From positions 63,817-127,816 of the forward strand of contig JBBDRZ010000007.1 of the NCBI GenBank assembly GCA_040905185.1: a stretch of DNA of 64,000 nucleotides, given 5' to 3'. The translations under genes were made by a program, and so were the position numbers. The notes beneath the pieces were generated by a model. The model ran no database searches and was not told the origin of the DNA. It saw only the letters and a program-made list of their open reading frames with translations. This DNA comes from Chloroflexota bacterium (GTDB taxonomy: Bacteria > Chloroflexota > Limnocylindria > QHBO01). Positions 48,490 through 57,040 of this stretch are shown one piece after another. Each line of letters opens with the position of its first letter. Positions within the stretch are counted from its first letter, which is position 1.

Positions 48490-50886
48490 TTAGCGGGTGG
48501 GGCGCTCCCGGTCGGACATCTCCAGGATGTCGAGCATGGGCAGGTCGCGCTGGTACTCGCTGAACTCGAACTCCGGGCCGCAGCGCAGCGCGTCGTAGGG
48601 ACAGGCGTCGGCGCAGATGCCACAGAAGATGCAGCGGCTCACGTCGAGCTGGTAGGTCTCCAGGATGCGCGGCCGCGGCATGAGCGCGCCGACCGGGCAC
48701 GTCTCCGCGCAGCGCCCGCATGACACGCACGGGGTCTCGTTCAGCGAGACGTAATCGGCGGTCGTAACCAGCGAGTCGAAGCCCTTGCCGATGAAGTCGT
48801 AGCACCCGGCGCCCACGATGTCCTTGCACACCTGGGCGCATCGGCCGCAATCGATGCAGCGCGAGTAGTCGCGCAGGATGAACGAGTGGGTCTCGTCCCG
48901 GCCGTAGCCGTGGTTGATGCCGACATACGGGTTGTCCTGGATCGACCGCTCGTCGATCGTCATGTTCAGGGTGGTCTCGTACTCGATGGCCGCCTCGCGC
49001 AGGTCGCAATGGCCGATCGCTTCGCACGTGCACTGGAGGCAGCGGGCGGCCTCGCCCATGGCCTGGTCGTGGGTATAGCCGTGCTCGTACTCCTCGAAGT
49101 TCGTGCGCCGCTCCTGAGCGCCCAGCTTGCCCATCACCGCCTGGGGCTCCTTCACGTCGTCGGTAAAGGGCACGATGGTCAGGAACGACGGCTGCGGCTC
49201 GGACACGACGCGCCGCACCTGCGGGTCGTCCAGGTCGTGGCCGCGGAGCCAGTAGTCCATGGCATACGACGCCCGCCGCCCGTCGCCGATAGCCTCGACC
49301 ACGGTTGTCGCCCCCAGGTTCACGTCGCCGGCGGCAAAGATCTTGGGGATCCCGGTGCGGAACGTGTTCGCATCGGCCACCAGGCGCCCCTGGCGGCTGA
49401 CCTCCAGCCCGGAGCGGATCTCGTCCGGCTCGGAGTCGATCCATGACAGCTCCGGTCCCTGGCCGATCGCCCCCAGCACGGTGTCACACTCGACAATGAA
49501 CTCGGTGCCGGGCATGGGCTCCGGTCGGCGGCGCCCCTTCTCATCGGGCTCGCCCAGGTGCATCTTCTGGAATTCGACCCCGGTCACCTTGCCTTTGGCA
49601 TTGGTCACGACGCGGACCGGAGCGGCCTGGAAGATGACGGTCGCGCCCTCTTCGATGGCCTCGTGGACCTCGTCCTGGGAGGGCATGTCCTTCAGGTCGC
49701 GGCGGTAGACGATGGTCACCGCCTTCGCCCCCTGGCGGAGGGATGTCCGGGTGCAGTCGATAGCCGTGAACCCGCCGCCGATGACCACCACTCGGGCCCC
49801 CTTCAGGGCGGGGACCGGGACGCCCCGCGTGCTGTTGTACAGGTTCTCCAGCGCGTTCACGGTGCCGTCCGCGAACTCCTCGGGAATCCCCATCTCGTTG
49901 GGCTTGTAGCAGCCGATGCCCACGAAGATGGCGTCATAGCCCTGCTCGACCAGATCGGCCAGGTGGAAGTCGCGGCCCAGGCGCATGTTCGGCTTGAAGG
50001 TGGCGCCCAGCTCCCAGACGTGGTTCAGCTCGCGGTCCATCCAGCCCTTGGGCAGGCGGTACTCGGGGATCCCGTAGCGGAGCATGCCGCCCTGCTCCGG
50101 ATCGGCCTCGAACACGTCGCAGTGATGCCCGCGCAGCTGGAGGTAGTAGGCCACCGTCATGCCGGCCGGTCCTGAACCCACGATCGCCACCCGGCGCCCG
50201 GTGTCCGATTCCTTGGGCCACGGCAGGGGGGCCGGCGCATCCACCTCCAGCACCCGGTCGGCGCAGTACCGATGCGAGTCGCGGATCGCAATGGCGGTGT
50301 CCACTTCCTCGCGCCGGCAGTGGGTCTCGCACGGGGCGGGGCACACCCGACCTAGGATGGCGGGGAAGGGGAGCGAGCGCTTCAGGATGCGGGTCGCCTC
50401 TTCCCAGTTGCCCTCCGCGTTGGCCTTCAGGTAGCCGGGGATGTCGACCCGGGTGGGGCACTTGAACTGGCAGGGCGGCAGGCAGTACGCGTCGTGGTCC
50501 GAGAAGATCAGCTCCAGCACCAGGCGGCGGTTCTCGATGACCCGCTCCGAGTGGGTGGTGATGACCATCCCCTCGGTGATCTGGGTGCCGCACGAGATGG
50601 GCGTGTTGTCCTGGCCCTCGACCTCGACCACGCAGATGCGGCAGGCACCGTAGGGCGACAGCTTGGGCTCGTAGCACAGGGTCGGGATCTCGAGCCCCAG
50701 CACCCGGCAGGCCTGGAGGATGGTCTGGCCCTCTTCGGCCTGGACCTGGCGGCCGTTGATCGTGACCGTGATCTTGCGCGTGCCGGGCACCACCGGCCAG
50801 ATGGGCGCGTAGTCCTCCAGGCGCCCCAGGGTGGCGCCATCGTCCTTGCCGTTGCCCTTCCCATTGCCGTTGCCCACGAAGGTCAT
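48490..50886 (-). CDS. Fusion of NuoG-like N-terminal Fe-S domains, a GltD-like FAD/NADPH domain, a 2x[4Fe-4S] ferredoxin and the C-terminal half of NuoI
   Basis: [2Fe-2S] motif IPTLC..GACRIC..SC; HDAYC; PPCQFKCP and GRVCPAPCE; GSGPAG; GGGFTAIDC; YRR; CLQCTC..HCDL; CIDCGRCAQVC; CVSCGRCAETCP; then YQLDVSRCIFCGICADACPYDAL..GPEFEFSEYQR. Confidence 0.9.
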   Translation of the reverse strand: MTFVGNGNGKGNGKDDGATLGRLEDYAPIWPVVPGTRKITVTINGRQVQAEEGQTILQACRVLGLEIPTLCYEPKLSPYGACRICVVEVEGQDNTPISCGTQITEGMVITTHSERVIENRRLVLELIFSDHDAYCLPPCQFKCPTRVDIPGYLKANAEGNWEEATRILKRSLPFPAILGRVCPAPCETHCRREEVDTAIAIRDSHRYCADRVLEVDAPAPLPWPKESDTGRRVAIVGSGPAGMTVAYYLQLRGHHCDVFEADPEQGGMLRYGIPEYRLPKGWMDRELNHVWELGATFKPNMRLGRDFHLADLVEQGYDAIFVGIGCYKPNEMGIPEEFADGTVNALENLYNSTRGVPVPALKGARVVVIGGGFTAIDCTRTSLRQGAKAVTIVYRRDLKDMPSQDEVHEAIEEGATVIFQAAPVRVVTNAKGKVTGVEFQKMHLGEPDEKGRRRPEPMPGTEFIVECDTVLGAIGQGPELSWIDSEPDEIRSGLEVSRQGRLVADANTFRTGIPKIFAAGDVNLGATTVVEAIGDGRRASYAMDYWLRGHDLDDPQVRRVVSEPQPSFLTIVPFTDDVKEPQAVMGKLGAQERRTNFEEYEHGYTHDQAMGEAARCLQCTCEAIGHCDLREAAIEYETTLNMTIDERSIQDNPYVGINHGYGRDETHSFILRDYSRCIDCGRCAQVCKDIVGAGCYDFIGKGFDSLVTTADYVSLNETPCVSCGRCAETCPVGALMPRPRILETYQLDVSRCIFCGICADACPYDALRCGPEFEFSEYQRDLPMLDILEMSDRERPTR

Positions 50887-50896
50887 CGGTCCAATC

Positions 50897-52243
50897 CTAT
50901 GACGCCAGCGGCGCGAGCAGCGGGGAGACCGGGTCCGTCTTGCACGAGCCGGCCAGGCAGACGCCCCGCTCGGCGTGGGCGCGGTACTCGTCCGCGAAGC
51001 GATCCAGGGTGGTCAGCATGGGGCGTGGGGCAAGAGACTCGAGGCGGCACAGGGCGGTGTCGGCGATCTTGGCCGACAGCTCACGGAGCAGGACCAGGTC
51101 GTTGGGACGCGGCGTGGCGGCCAGGATGCGGTCCAGGGCCTCCACCAGGCGCAACGGACCGATCCGGCACGGGACAGCCTTTCCGCACGCTTCGCGCGCG
51201 GAGTAGTCCAGCAGAAAGCGGGCCGTGGCCACCATGCAGGTGGCGGCGTCGGTGACCAGGACCGATCCCGAACCGATGTGGGCGCCGGCGGCGCCCAGCG
51301 CGCCATATTCGTAGCCCGTGGCGGACAGCTCGTCGGCTGCCAGGGCGCCGGCACCCGGTCCACCCACGAACGCGGCCTTCACGGTCCCGGTCGAACCGCC
51401 AGCCAGCTTGACGATGTCCGCCACCGGGGTGCCCATGGCCACCTCGGCCAGGCCCGGGTTACGCACCGCGCCGGCGATCGTGACCAGCTTGGTGCCCGGC
51501 GCCTCCTCGGGCCCGACCTTCGCGAAGTCGGCTGCCGAGTGACCCAGGATCCACGCCACGTGAGCCAGGGTCTCGCCGTTGTGGACGAGGGTCGGGACGC
51601 CCCACAGCCCGCGCTCGGCGGGGTACGGGGGGCGGATGAGCGGCATGCCGCGGTCGCCCTGGAGGGCGTGGATGAGAGCCGTCTCCTCCCCCGCCACGTA
51701 GGCGCCGGAGCCTTCCCATACCGACACCTGGACCGATACGTCGGTGCCCAGGATGAGGTAGCCCGCCAGGTGCGCGGCCTCGGCGTCGGCCACTGCCTTG
51801 CGGAGACGTTCGATGGCGGCGGTCCAGTCGCGGCGCACGGCCAGGATGGCCTCGGAGGCGCCCACCGCGGCGGCCGCGATGATGAGGCCCTCGAGGACGA
51901 GATGCGGGTTGCCCTCGGCCAGCGCCCGGTCACCCAGCGAGGTCGGGTCGGCGCCCATCAGGTTCGCGACCGCGATCTTCCGCTCGTCGGGCGCGGAACG
52001 AGTGGCGCGCCACTTGTCGGCAACCGGGAACCCGGCGCCCCCTCGGCCGCGGAGGCGGGACGCGAAGATCTCGGTGATGACCTCGTCGGGGGAGAGCTTG
52101 GTGATGGCGCGGGTCAGGCCGCGGTAGCCCCGGGCCTTGCGGTACGCATCCAGCGATTCGGCGTCCAGCTTCCCGATCCCGGCCAGCAGGCGCTGCTCCC
52201 CGCCGGGGAGGATCCGGATCTGCGGAGAGAGGCCGGCCGCCAT
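50897..52243 (-). CDS. nuoF: NuoF-like subunit with degenerate motifs
   Basis: LRGRGGAGFP, GAYVAGEETAL, PPYP and NGET retained; NADEG(E/D)P replaced by NLMGADP; CGKAVPC lacks one N3 Cys. Confidence 0.85.
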   Translation of the reverse strand: MAAGLSPQIRILPGGEQRLLAGIGKLDAESLDAYRKARGYRGLTRAITKLSPDEVITEIFASRLRGRGGAGFPVADKWRATRSAPDERKIAVANLMGADPTSLGDRALAEGNPHLVLEGLIIAAAAVGASEAILAVRRDWTAAIERLRKAVADAEAAHLAGYLILGTDVSVQVSVWEGSGAYVAGEETALIHALQGDRGMPLIRPPYPAERGLWGVPTLVHNGETLAHVAWILGHSAADFAKVGPEEAPGTKLVTIAGAVRNPGLAEVAMGTPVADIVKLAGGSTGTVKAAFVGGPGAGALAADELSATGYEYGALGAAGAHIGSGSVLVTDAATCMVATARFLLDYSAREACGKAVPCRIGPLRLVEALDRILAATPRPNDLVLLRELSAKIADTALCRLESLAPRPMLTTLDRFADEYRAHAERGVCLAGSCKTDPVSPLLAPLAS

Positions 52244-53070
52244 CAGGCCCCCGCCCGTGCCTTCTCGGCCCGACGGGCGTAGATCAGGTGGCGTGCCTCG
52301 TCCACGTTGAGCGGCCCGTAGACCAGGGTGTCGATCCGCACCGCCGGCGCAATCGCGCCCGCTCCCACGCTCGCATCGGTCTCGAGCGTGAACGCGCCGT
52401 CATCGGTCGTCTCGCCGGCTCGAACGCCCAGCTCCTCCTCCAACGCCGCCAGCAGCTTGTCGCCCCCCGCGAAGCGGCACGCGGCGCAGTCACACACCGT
52501 CACGAGATGCCCTTCGGTGGGCAGCAGCCGGAAGCCTCCCAGCCCGGCGGCCCCGAAGACCTGGGCCCAGTGGATCGTCATCCGGTCGCTGATCCGGCGC
52601 AACGCCGGTTCCGGCAGGTAACCGTATCGGGTCTGGACCGCGACGAAGATGGCCACCAGCGACTCGGGCCGACCACCGAACCCGTCGATGACCTGGTCCA
52701 CCCAGGGGGTGTCCACCGCTTCCTCCCAGCGCGCCGCGTTGCGCATCGGTCTGGACGGAAGGCCGGCCCGCCGGAAGGCGTTCGGATCGCGGCGCTCGTC
52801 GTAGATCTCGGGCAGCCCGTATCGGATCTTGTTGCCCTGCGAGTCGAAGCCGCTCATGTCAATTGCTTCCACCGGGCACACCATGGCGCACTGGAAGCAA
52901 ACCTCGCACTTGTGCTCCCCGAACGGGTCGTAGATGAGGTCCAGCCGCCCCCGCCAGCGCTCGGCCATGGCCGGGCGCACCTCGGGGTACTGCTGGGTCA
53001 CCTTGGGGCGGAAGAGGTTGCGCAGGGTGACGCCCATGCCGGTGAGCAGGCCGGAGCCGGGGATCGCCAT
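52243..53070 (-). CDS. Fusion of the N-terminal half of NuoI and a degenerate NuoE-like domain
   Basis: GMGVTLRNLF..VTQQYPE..RWRGR..KCEVCFQCAMVCP (only one ferredoxin motif), then VQTRYGYLP..VCDCAAC..DDGAFTLE..SVGAGAIAP. Confidence 0.9.
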   Translation of the reverse strand: MAIPGSGLLTGMGVTLRNLFRPKVTQQYPEVRPAMAERWRGRLDLIYDPFGEHKCEVCFQCAMVCPVEAIDMSGFDSQGNKIRYGLPEIYDERRDPNAFRRAGLPSRPMRNAARWEEAVDTPWVDQVIDGFGGRPESLVAIFVAVQTRYGYLPEPALRRISDRMTIHWAQVFGAAGLGGFRLLPTEGHLVTVCDCAACRFAGGDKLLAALEEELGVRAGETTDDGAFTLETDASVGAGAIAPAVRIDTLVYGPLNVDEARHLIYARRAEKARAGA

Positions 53071-53081
53071 GTGTCAGGCCA

Positions 53082-54101
53082 TCACAGCTTGAAAATCAGG
53101 ACCACCGCGGCGGTCACGAACAGGTTGATGAGCGCCAGCGGCAGGAGCGCTTTCCAGGCCATCCCCATCAGCTGGTCCACGCGCACGCGGGGCAGGGTGG
53201 CCCGCACCCAGATCGCGATGAACACGAAGATGTACGTCTTCAAGAAGAACCAGACCAGGCCGTATACGGTGCCGGCGAAGCCGTCCAGCTGGGCCGGGAA
53301 GGGCCATGGCGCCAGCCACCCGCCGAAGAAGAGGGTGACCAGGATGCCGCACATGATGAAAAGTGCGACGTACTCCGCAAAATAGAAGAAGCCGAATCGC
53401 ATCCCCGAGTACTCGGTAAACGGCCCGGCCACGATCTCTGAATCGGCCTCCACCATGTCGAACGGGGTGCGGTTGATCTCGGCGGCGGCGGCGATGAAGA
53501 AGATCGGGAAGCCGACCAGCTGCCAGATGACCGCCCAGCCGTGCTCCAGCTGCCATTCGACGATGTGGGTGAAGGACAACGTCCCGGTCAGGACCACCAC
53601 GCCCACGATGGACAGGGTCAACGGGATCTCGTAGCTGACCATCTGGGCCGCGCTCCGCAACCCGCCCAGCAGTGCGTACTTGTTGTAGCTGGCCCACCCC
53701 GCGACCAGCATCCCGACCACCGACAGACCGATGATGGCGAAGAAGAAGATGACGCCGATGTCGGAGTCGAAGGCCACCAGCCCCGGCGCGAATGGGATGA
53801 CCAGCATGCTCATGGCGGCCGCCATGAACACCATCCACGGAGCCAGGGTGAAGACCGGCACGTCGGCTCGATCCGGCGTCTGGTCCTCCTTGGCCAGGAT
53901 CTTGAAGCCGTGGATCGCGCTCTGGAACATCCCGCGCGGGCCCACCCGGTTGGGGCCGTAGCGGAGCTGCATGAGGGCGATGATCTTGAGCTCCAGCTGG
54001 CCCACGATAAACGCGGTCGGCACGGTCAGCAGCAGGAGCAGGGTGGTGGCCGCCACGAAACGGCCGACGCCGAGCAGGGTTTCGACGAATGCCGGATCCA
54101 T
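53082..54101 (-). CDS. nuoH: NADH-quinone oxidoreductase subunit H
   Basis: RYGPNRVGPRG, KYALLGGLRSAAQMVSYE, EINRTPFD..EA..E, EYSG, RATLPR. Confidence 0.97.
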   Translation of the reverse strand: MDPAFVETLLGVGRFVAATTLLLLLTVPTAFIVGQLELKIIALMQLRYGPNRVGPRGMFQSAIHGFKILAKEDQTPDRADVPVFTLAPWMVFMAAAMSMLVIPFAPGLVAFDSDIGVIFFFAIIGLSVVGMLVAGWASYNKYALLGGLRSAAQMVSYEIPLTLSIVGVVVLTGTLSFTHIVEWQLEHGWAVIWQLVGFPIFFIAAAAEINRTPFDMVEADSEIVAGPFTEYSGMRFGFFYFAEYVALFIMCGILVTLFFGGWLAPWPFPAQLDGFAGTVYGLVWFFLKTYIFVFIAIWVRATLPRVRVDQLMGMAWKALLPLALINLFVTAAVVLIFKL

Positions 54102-54110
54102 ATGGGCGCT

Positions 54111-55391
54111 CTACTTGTCCACGCCGCCCATGATCGGATCCAGGCTGGCCATGATCGCCATGGTGTCGGCGATGAGATGCCCGGGCATGAGCTTGGGCAT
54201 GACCTGGAGGCTGATGAAGCTCGGATCGCGCATCCGGAACCGATACGGGTTGGGGCCGCCGTCACTGATGGCGTACACGCTGTACAGCCCGCGGGGCGAC
54301 TCGATGGCCGCATAGGCCCGTCCCGGGCGAGGGCGGATGATCCCGGGCACCTGGGCCTGCACCGGGCCGTGGGGCATCTTGTCCACGATCTGGTCGATCA
54401 GGTGGATGGACTGCTTCAGCTCCGCGATGCGCTGCATGTAGCGGGCGTAGGTGTCCCCCTCGGTGTGGGTGATGACGTCGAACTCCAGCTCGTTGTAGAT
54501 GCAGTACGGGTGCGCCTTGCGGACGTCGAACGGCACGCCGCTGGCCCGCAGGTTGGGGCCGCTGACGCCCAGGTCGATGGCCTGCTTGGCGGTCAGGGTG
54601 CCCATGCCCCGAGTCCGGGCTCGGAAGATCTCGTTCTCGGTCAGGATCTTCTCGTTCATCTCGATCGTGTCCAGCACGTTGGCCCGCCAGCGACCGAGAC
54701 GAGACATGAACTCGTCGTTGGTGTCGAAGTTCACGCCCCCCACCCGGAAGAAGTTGAACAGCATCCGCTGACCCGAGATGGCGGCCAGCATTTCCACCAC
54801 TTCGTCGCGGTTGATGAAGCCGTACAGGATGGGGGTCAGGCCGCCGATGTCGAGCGCCAGGAAGCCCATCATCAGGCCATGGCTGAACACCCGGTTCAGC
54901 TCCACCACCAGGGCCCGGATGTATTCCGCCCGGCGCGGCGCATGGATGCCGTACAGCTTCTCGAACGCGATGGCCGGCGCGTGCTCGTTGTGCATGGCCG
55001 ACATGTAGTCCATGGGGTCCACGTAGGTCAGGACCGTGGTGTAGGTGGCCTCCTCGCACAGCTTCTCGATCCCGCGGTGCAGGTAGCCGAGCACGGGGTC
55101 GATGTCGATGACCACCTCGCCGCGGACCTTGAGCACCAGGCGCATCACGCCGTGGGTGGACGGGTGCTGGGGGCCCATGTTGACGAGCATCTCGCCGTCG
55201 CCGAGGGTGTAGACCTCCTGCTCGCGCTCGGTCTGGGGCGGCCGGTCGGGGGGCGGGACGATGTCGAAGCCGAAGAACTCCTGGCGCGGCGCGGCGGTGG
55301 CCATGGCGTCCAGGGCAATGGGATCCGGGATGCGCGGCTCGTCCGGGTCGGCCGGCGGCTCGGGGGCGGGGCGCGACCTGGTGGTCGTCAC
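54111..55391 (-). CDS. nuoD: NADH-quinone oxidoreductase subunit D
   Basis: NMGPQHPSTHGVMRL, GYLHRGIEK, ESPRG, C-terminal DPIMGGVDK. Confidence 0.97.
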   Translation of the reverse strand: MTTTRSRPAPEPPADPDEPRIPDPIALDAMATAAPRQEFFGFDIVPPPDRPPQTEREQEVYTLGDGEMLVNMGPQHPSTHGVMRLVLKVRGEVVIDIDPVLGYLHRGIEKLCEEATYTTVLTYVDPMDYMSAMHNEHAPAIAFEKLYGIHAPRRAEYIRALVVELNRVFSHGLMMGFLALDIGGLTPILYGFINRDEVVEMLAAISGQRMLFNFFRVGGVNFDTNDEFMSRLGRWRANVLDTIEMNEKILTENEIFRARTRGMGTLTAKQAIDLGVSGPNLRASGVPFDVRKAHPYCIYNELEFDVITHTEGDTYARYMQRIAELKQSIHLIDQIVDKMPHGPVQAQVPGIIRPRPGRAYAAIESPRGLYSVYAISDGGPNPYRFRMRDPSFISLQVMPKLMPGHLIADTMAIMASLDPIMGGVDK

Positions 55392-55966
55392 ACCGGGCCT
55401 CCGGGCTCGTCGCGGTGCGCGGCCGCGTCATCAAGCTTGCCCAGGTCCCACGTTTCGGGCCGCTCCAGCGGGCGGTTGCCTGCGGCCGCGGAGTCGGCGG
55501 CGTCATCGGGGAGCAGGAAGTCCTTGCGCTGCGGGAAGGACCGGTAGTCGGGCGACATGTAGATCCGCCGCAGGTCGCGGTTGCCCTCGAAGACGATGCC
55601 CATCATGTCGTACATCTCGCGCTCGTGAAACATCGCCCCCTCCCACAGGGAGGTGATGGTGGGCGTCACGGGGTTCTCGCGGTCGACCTTGACCCGGACC
55701 CGCAGCCAGGTCGGGTGGCGGTCCGAGTACAGGTGGTAGACGACCTCGAACCAGTTGCCGACGCCGTAGTCGACCGCGGCCGCATCGGCCAGGAAGAAGA
55801 AGCCGAAGTCAGCGTCGTCGCGCAGGGTGCGGAGCGACTCGACGATCTTGTCGCGGGGAACCTGGATCTCGACCGTGTCCTCGTCGGTCCACAGGTCGCT
55901 CGCCGCGTCGGCGAGGCGTTCGCTCAGCAGCCGGACCAGCGGGCCCGCCGCGGCCGGTGCGCTCAG
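55388..55966 (-). CDS. nuoC: NADH-quinone oxidoreductase subunit C (probable CTG start)
   Basis: [32 protein letters not shown]; CTGA overlaps the nuoB stop, with GAAGGAG 7 nt upstream. Confidence 0.93.
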   Translation of the reverse strand: MSAPAAAGPLVRLLSERLADAASDLWTDEDTVEIQVPRDKIVESLRTLRDDADFGFFFLADAAAVDYGVGNWFEVVYHLYSDRHPTWLRVRVKVDRENPVTPTITSLWEGAMFHEREMYDMMGIVFEGNRDLRRIYMSPDYRSFPQRKDFLLPDDAADSAAAGNRPLERPETWDLGKLDDAAAHRDEPGGPV

Positions 55967-56592
55967 CGCACGTCTCCTTCCCAGGATCGGAGGTCCGGTC
56001 CCCGGTCGGCATACGTGCCCCACTGGCCGCGGCGCTGCTTGACCAGCTCCTGGAGCTTCATCATCCCGTAGATCAGCCCCTCGGGCCGCGGCGGGCAACC
56101 CGGCACGTAGACGTCCACCGGCATGACTCGATCCACGCCCTGGACAACGCTGTAGGAACGCTTGAAACGGCCTCCGGAGGTCGTGCAGGTGCCCATCGCT
56201 ACGCACCATTTCGGCTCCGGCATCTGCTGCCACAGGCGCACCAACGGCCCGGCCATCTTGGTGGTCAGGGTGCCGGCCACGATCAGGACGTCGGCCTGGC
56301 GCGGCGAGGCGCGGAAGGGGAACATCCCGAATCGGTCGATGTCGTTCACGCTGGTGGCGGTGCTCATCATCTCGATGGCGCAGCACGACAGGCCCGACAG
56401 GAGCGGCCACAGGGAGTTGGCCCGGATGAGGTCCAGGATGTAGTCGGCTCGGGTGGGGATGACCTCCAGCAGGCCGTGGAAGCCACCCTGCGGGTGGTTC
56501 TCCATCCCGAACTCGCCCAGCAGTGGGTCGTCGCCGGCGGCGTCGGGGATGACGATCGGCTCGTCAGCGCGGGGAGGGGTCGTTATCGCCAT
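55963..56592 (-). CDS. nuoB: NADH-quinone oxidoreductase subunit B
   Basis: [37 protein letters not shown]. Confidence 0.98.
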   Translation of the reverse strand: MAITTPPRADEPIVIPDAAGDDPLLGEFGMENHPQGGFHGLLEVIPTRADYILDLIRANSLWPLLSGLSCCAIEMMSTATSVNDIDRFGMFPFRASPRQADVLIVAGTLTTKMAGPLVRLWQQMPEPKWCVAMGTCTTSGGRFKRSYSVVQGVDRVMPVDVYVPGCPPRPEGLIYGMMKLQELVKQRRGQWGTYADRGPDLRSWEGDVR

Positions 56593-56942
56593 TTCAGGTC
56601 ACCCTTCTTCCAGGCGTAGAACTCGCCGTACATCAGGACCACCAGGAAGATGCCCATCAGGATCATCCCAGTGAGGGTGAGGTCGCGGATCACGATCGCC
56701 CAGAGGTAGATGAAGATGATCTCGACGTCGAAGGCCACGAAGAGCAGGGCGTACAGGTAGAACGCCAGCCCGAACCGGGACCAGGTGTCACCGATGGTGT
56801 CGATCCCGCACTCGTAGGGCAGCCCCTTCTGGGCCTCTTTGCGCCGATGGGTGATCAGCCACGAGAACAGGATCGTGCCGAACACGAAGGTCGTGGCGGC
56901 CAATCCGAATCCCAGGACGTAGAGCAGCCCGGTCTGGTCCAT
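56583..56942 (-). CDS. nuoA: NADH-quinone oxidoreductase subunit A
   Basis: [21 protein letters not shown]. Confidence 0.97.
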   Translation of the reverse strand: MDQTGLLYVLGFGLAATTFVFGTILFSWLITHRRKEAQKGLPYECGIDTIGDTWSRFGLAFYLYALLFVAFDVEIIFIYLWAIVIRDLTLTGMILMGIFLVVLMYGEFYAWKKGDLKWR

Positions 56943-56961
56943 CGTCGTCGTGCTCGCTCGA

Positions 56962-57014
56962 GCGGGCCGCTACGGCCCGCAATGCGGATCAAATCTCCTG
57001 GTCAGAGTCTATCA
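56962..57014 (-). promoter_or_regulatory. Putative nuo promoter (extended -10) and 5' UTR hairpin
   Basis: Minus-strand TGa-TAGACT (TAGACT at 57011-57006); hairpin GCGGGCCG-CTA-CGGCCCGC at 56962-56980. Confidence 0.45.
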
Positions 57015-57040
57015 GGAGAGCCTTTCGAGGACGAACTCGG

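Noticed and set aside
48490-53070. HydABC-type electron-bifurcating hydrogenase or formate dehydrogenase
   Set aside because: There is no H-cluster, NiFe or molybdopterin domain, and the NuoF-like subunit lacks the extra ferredoxin domains associated with bifurcation.
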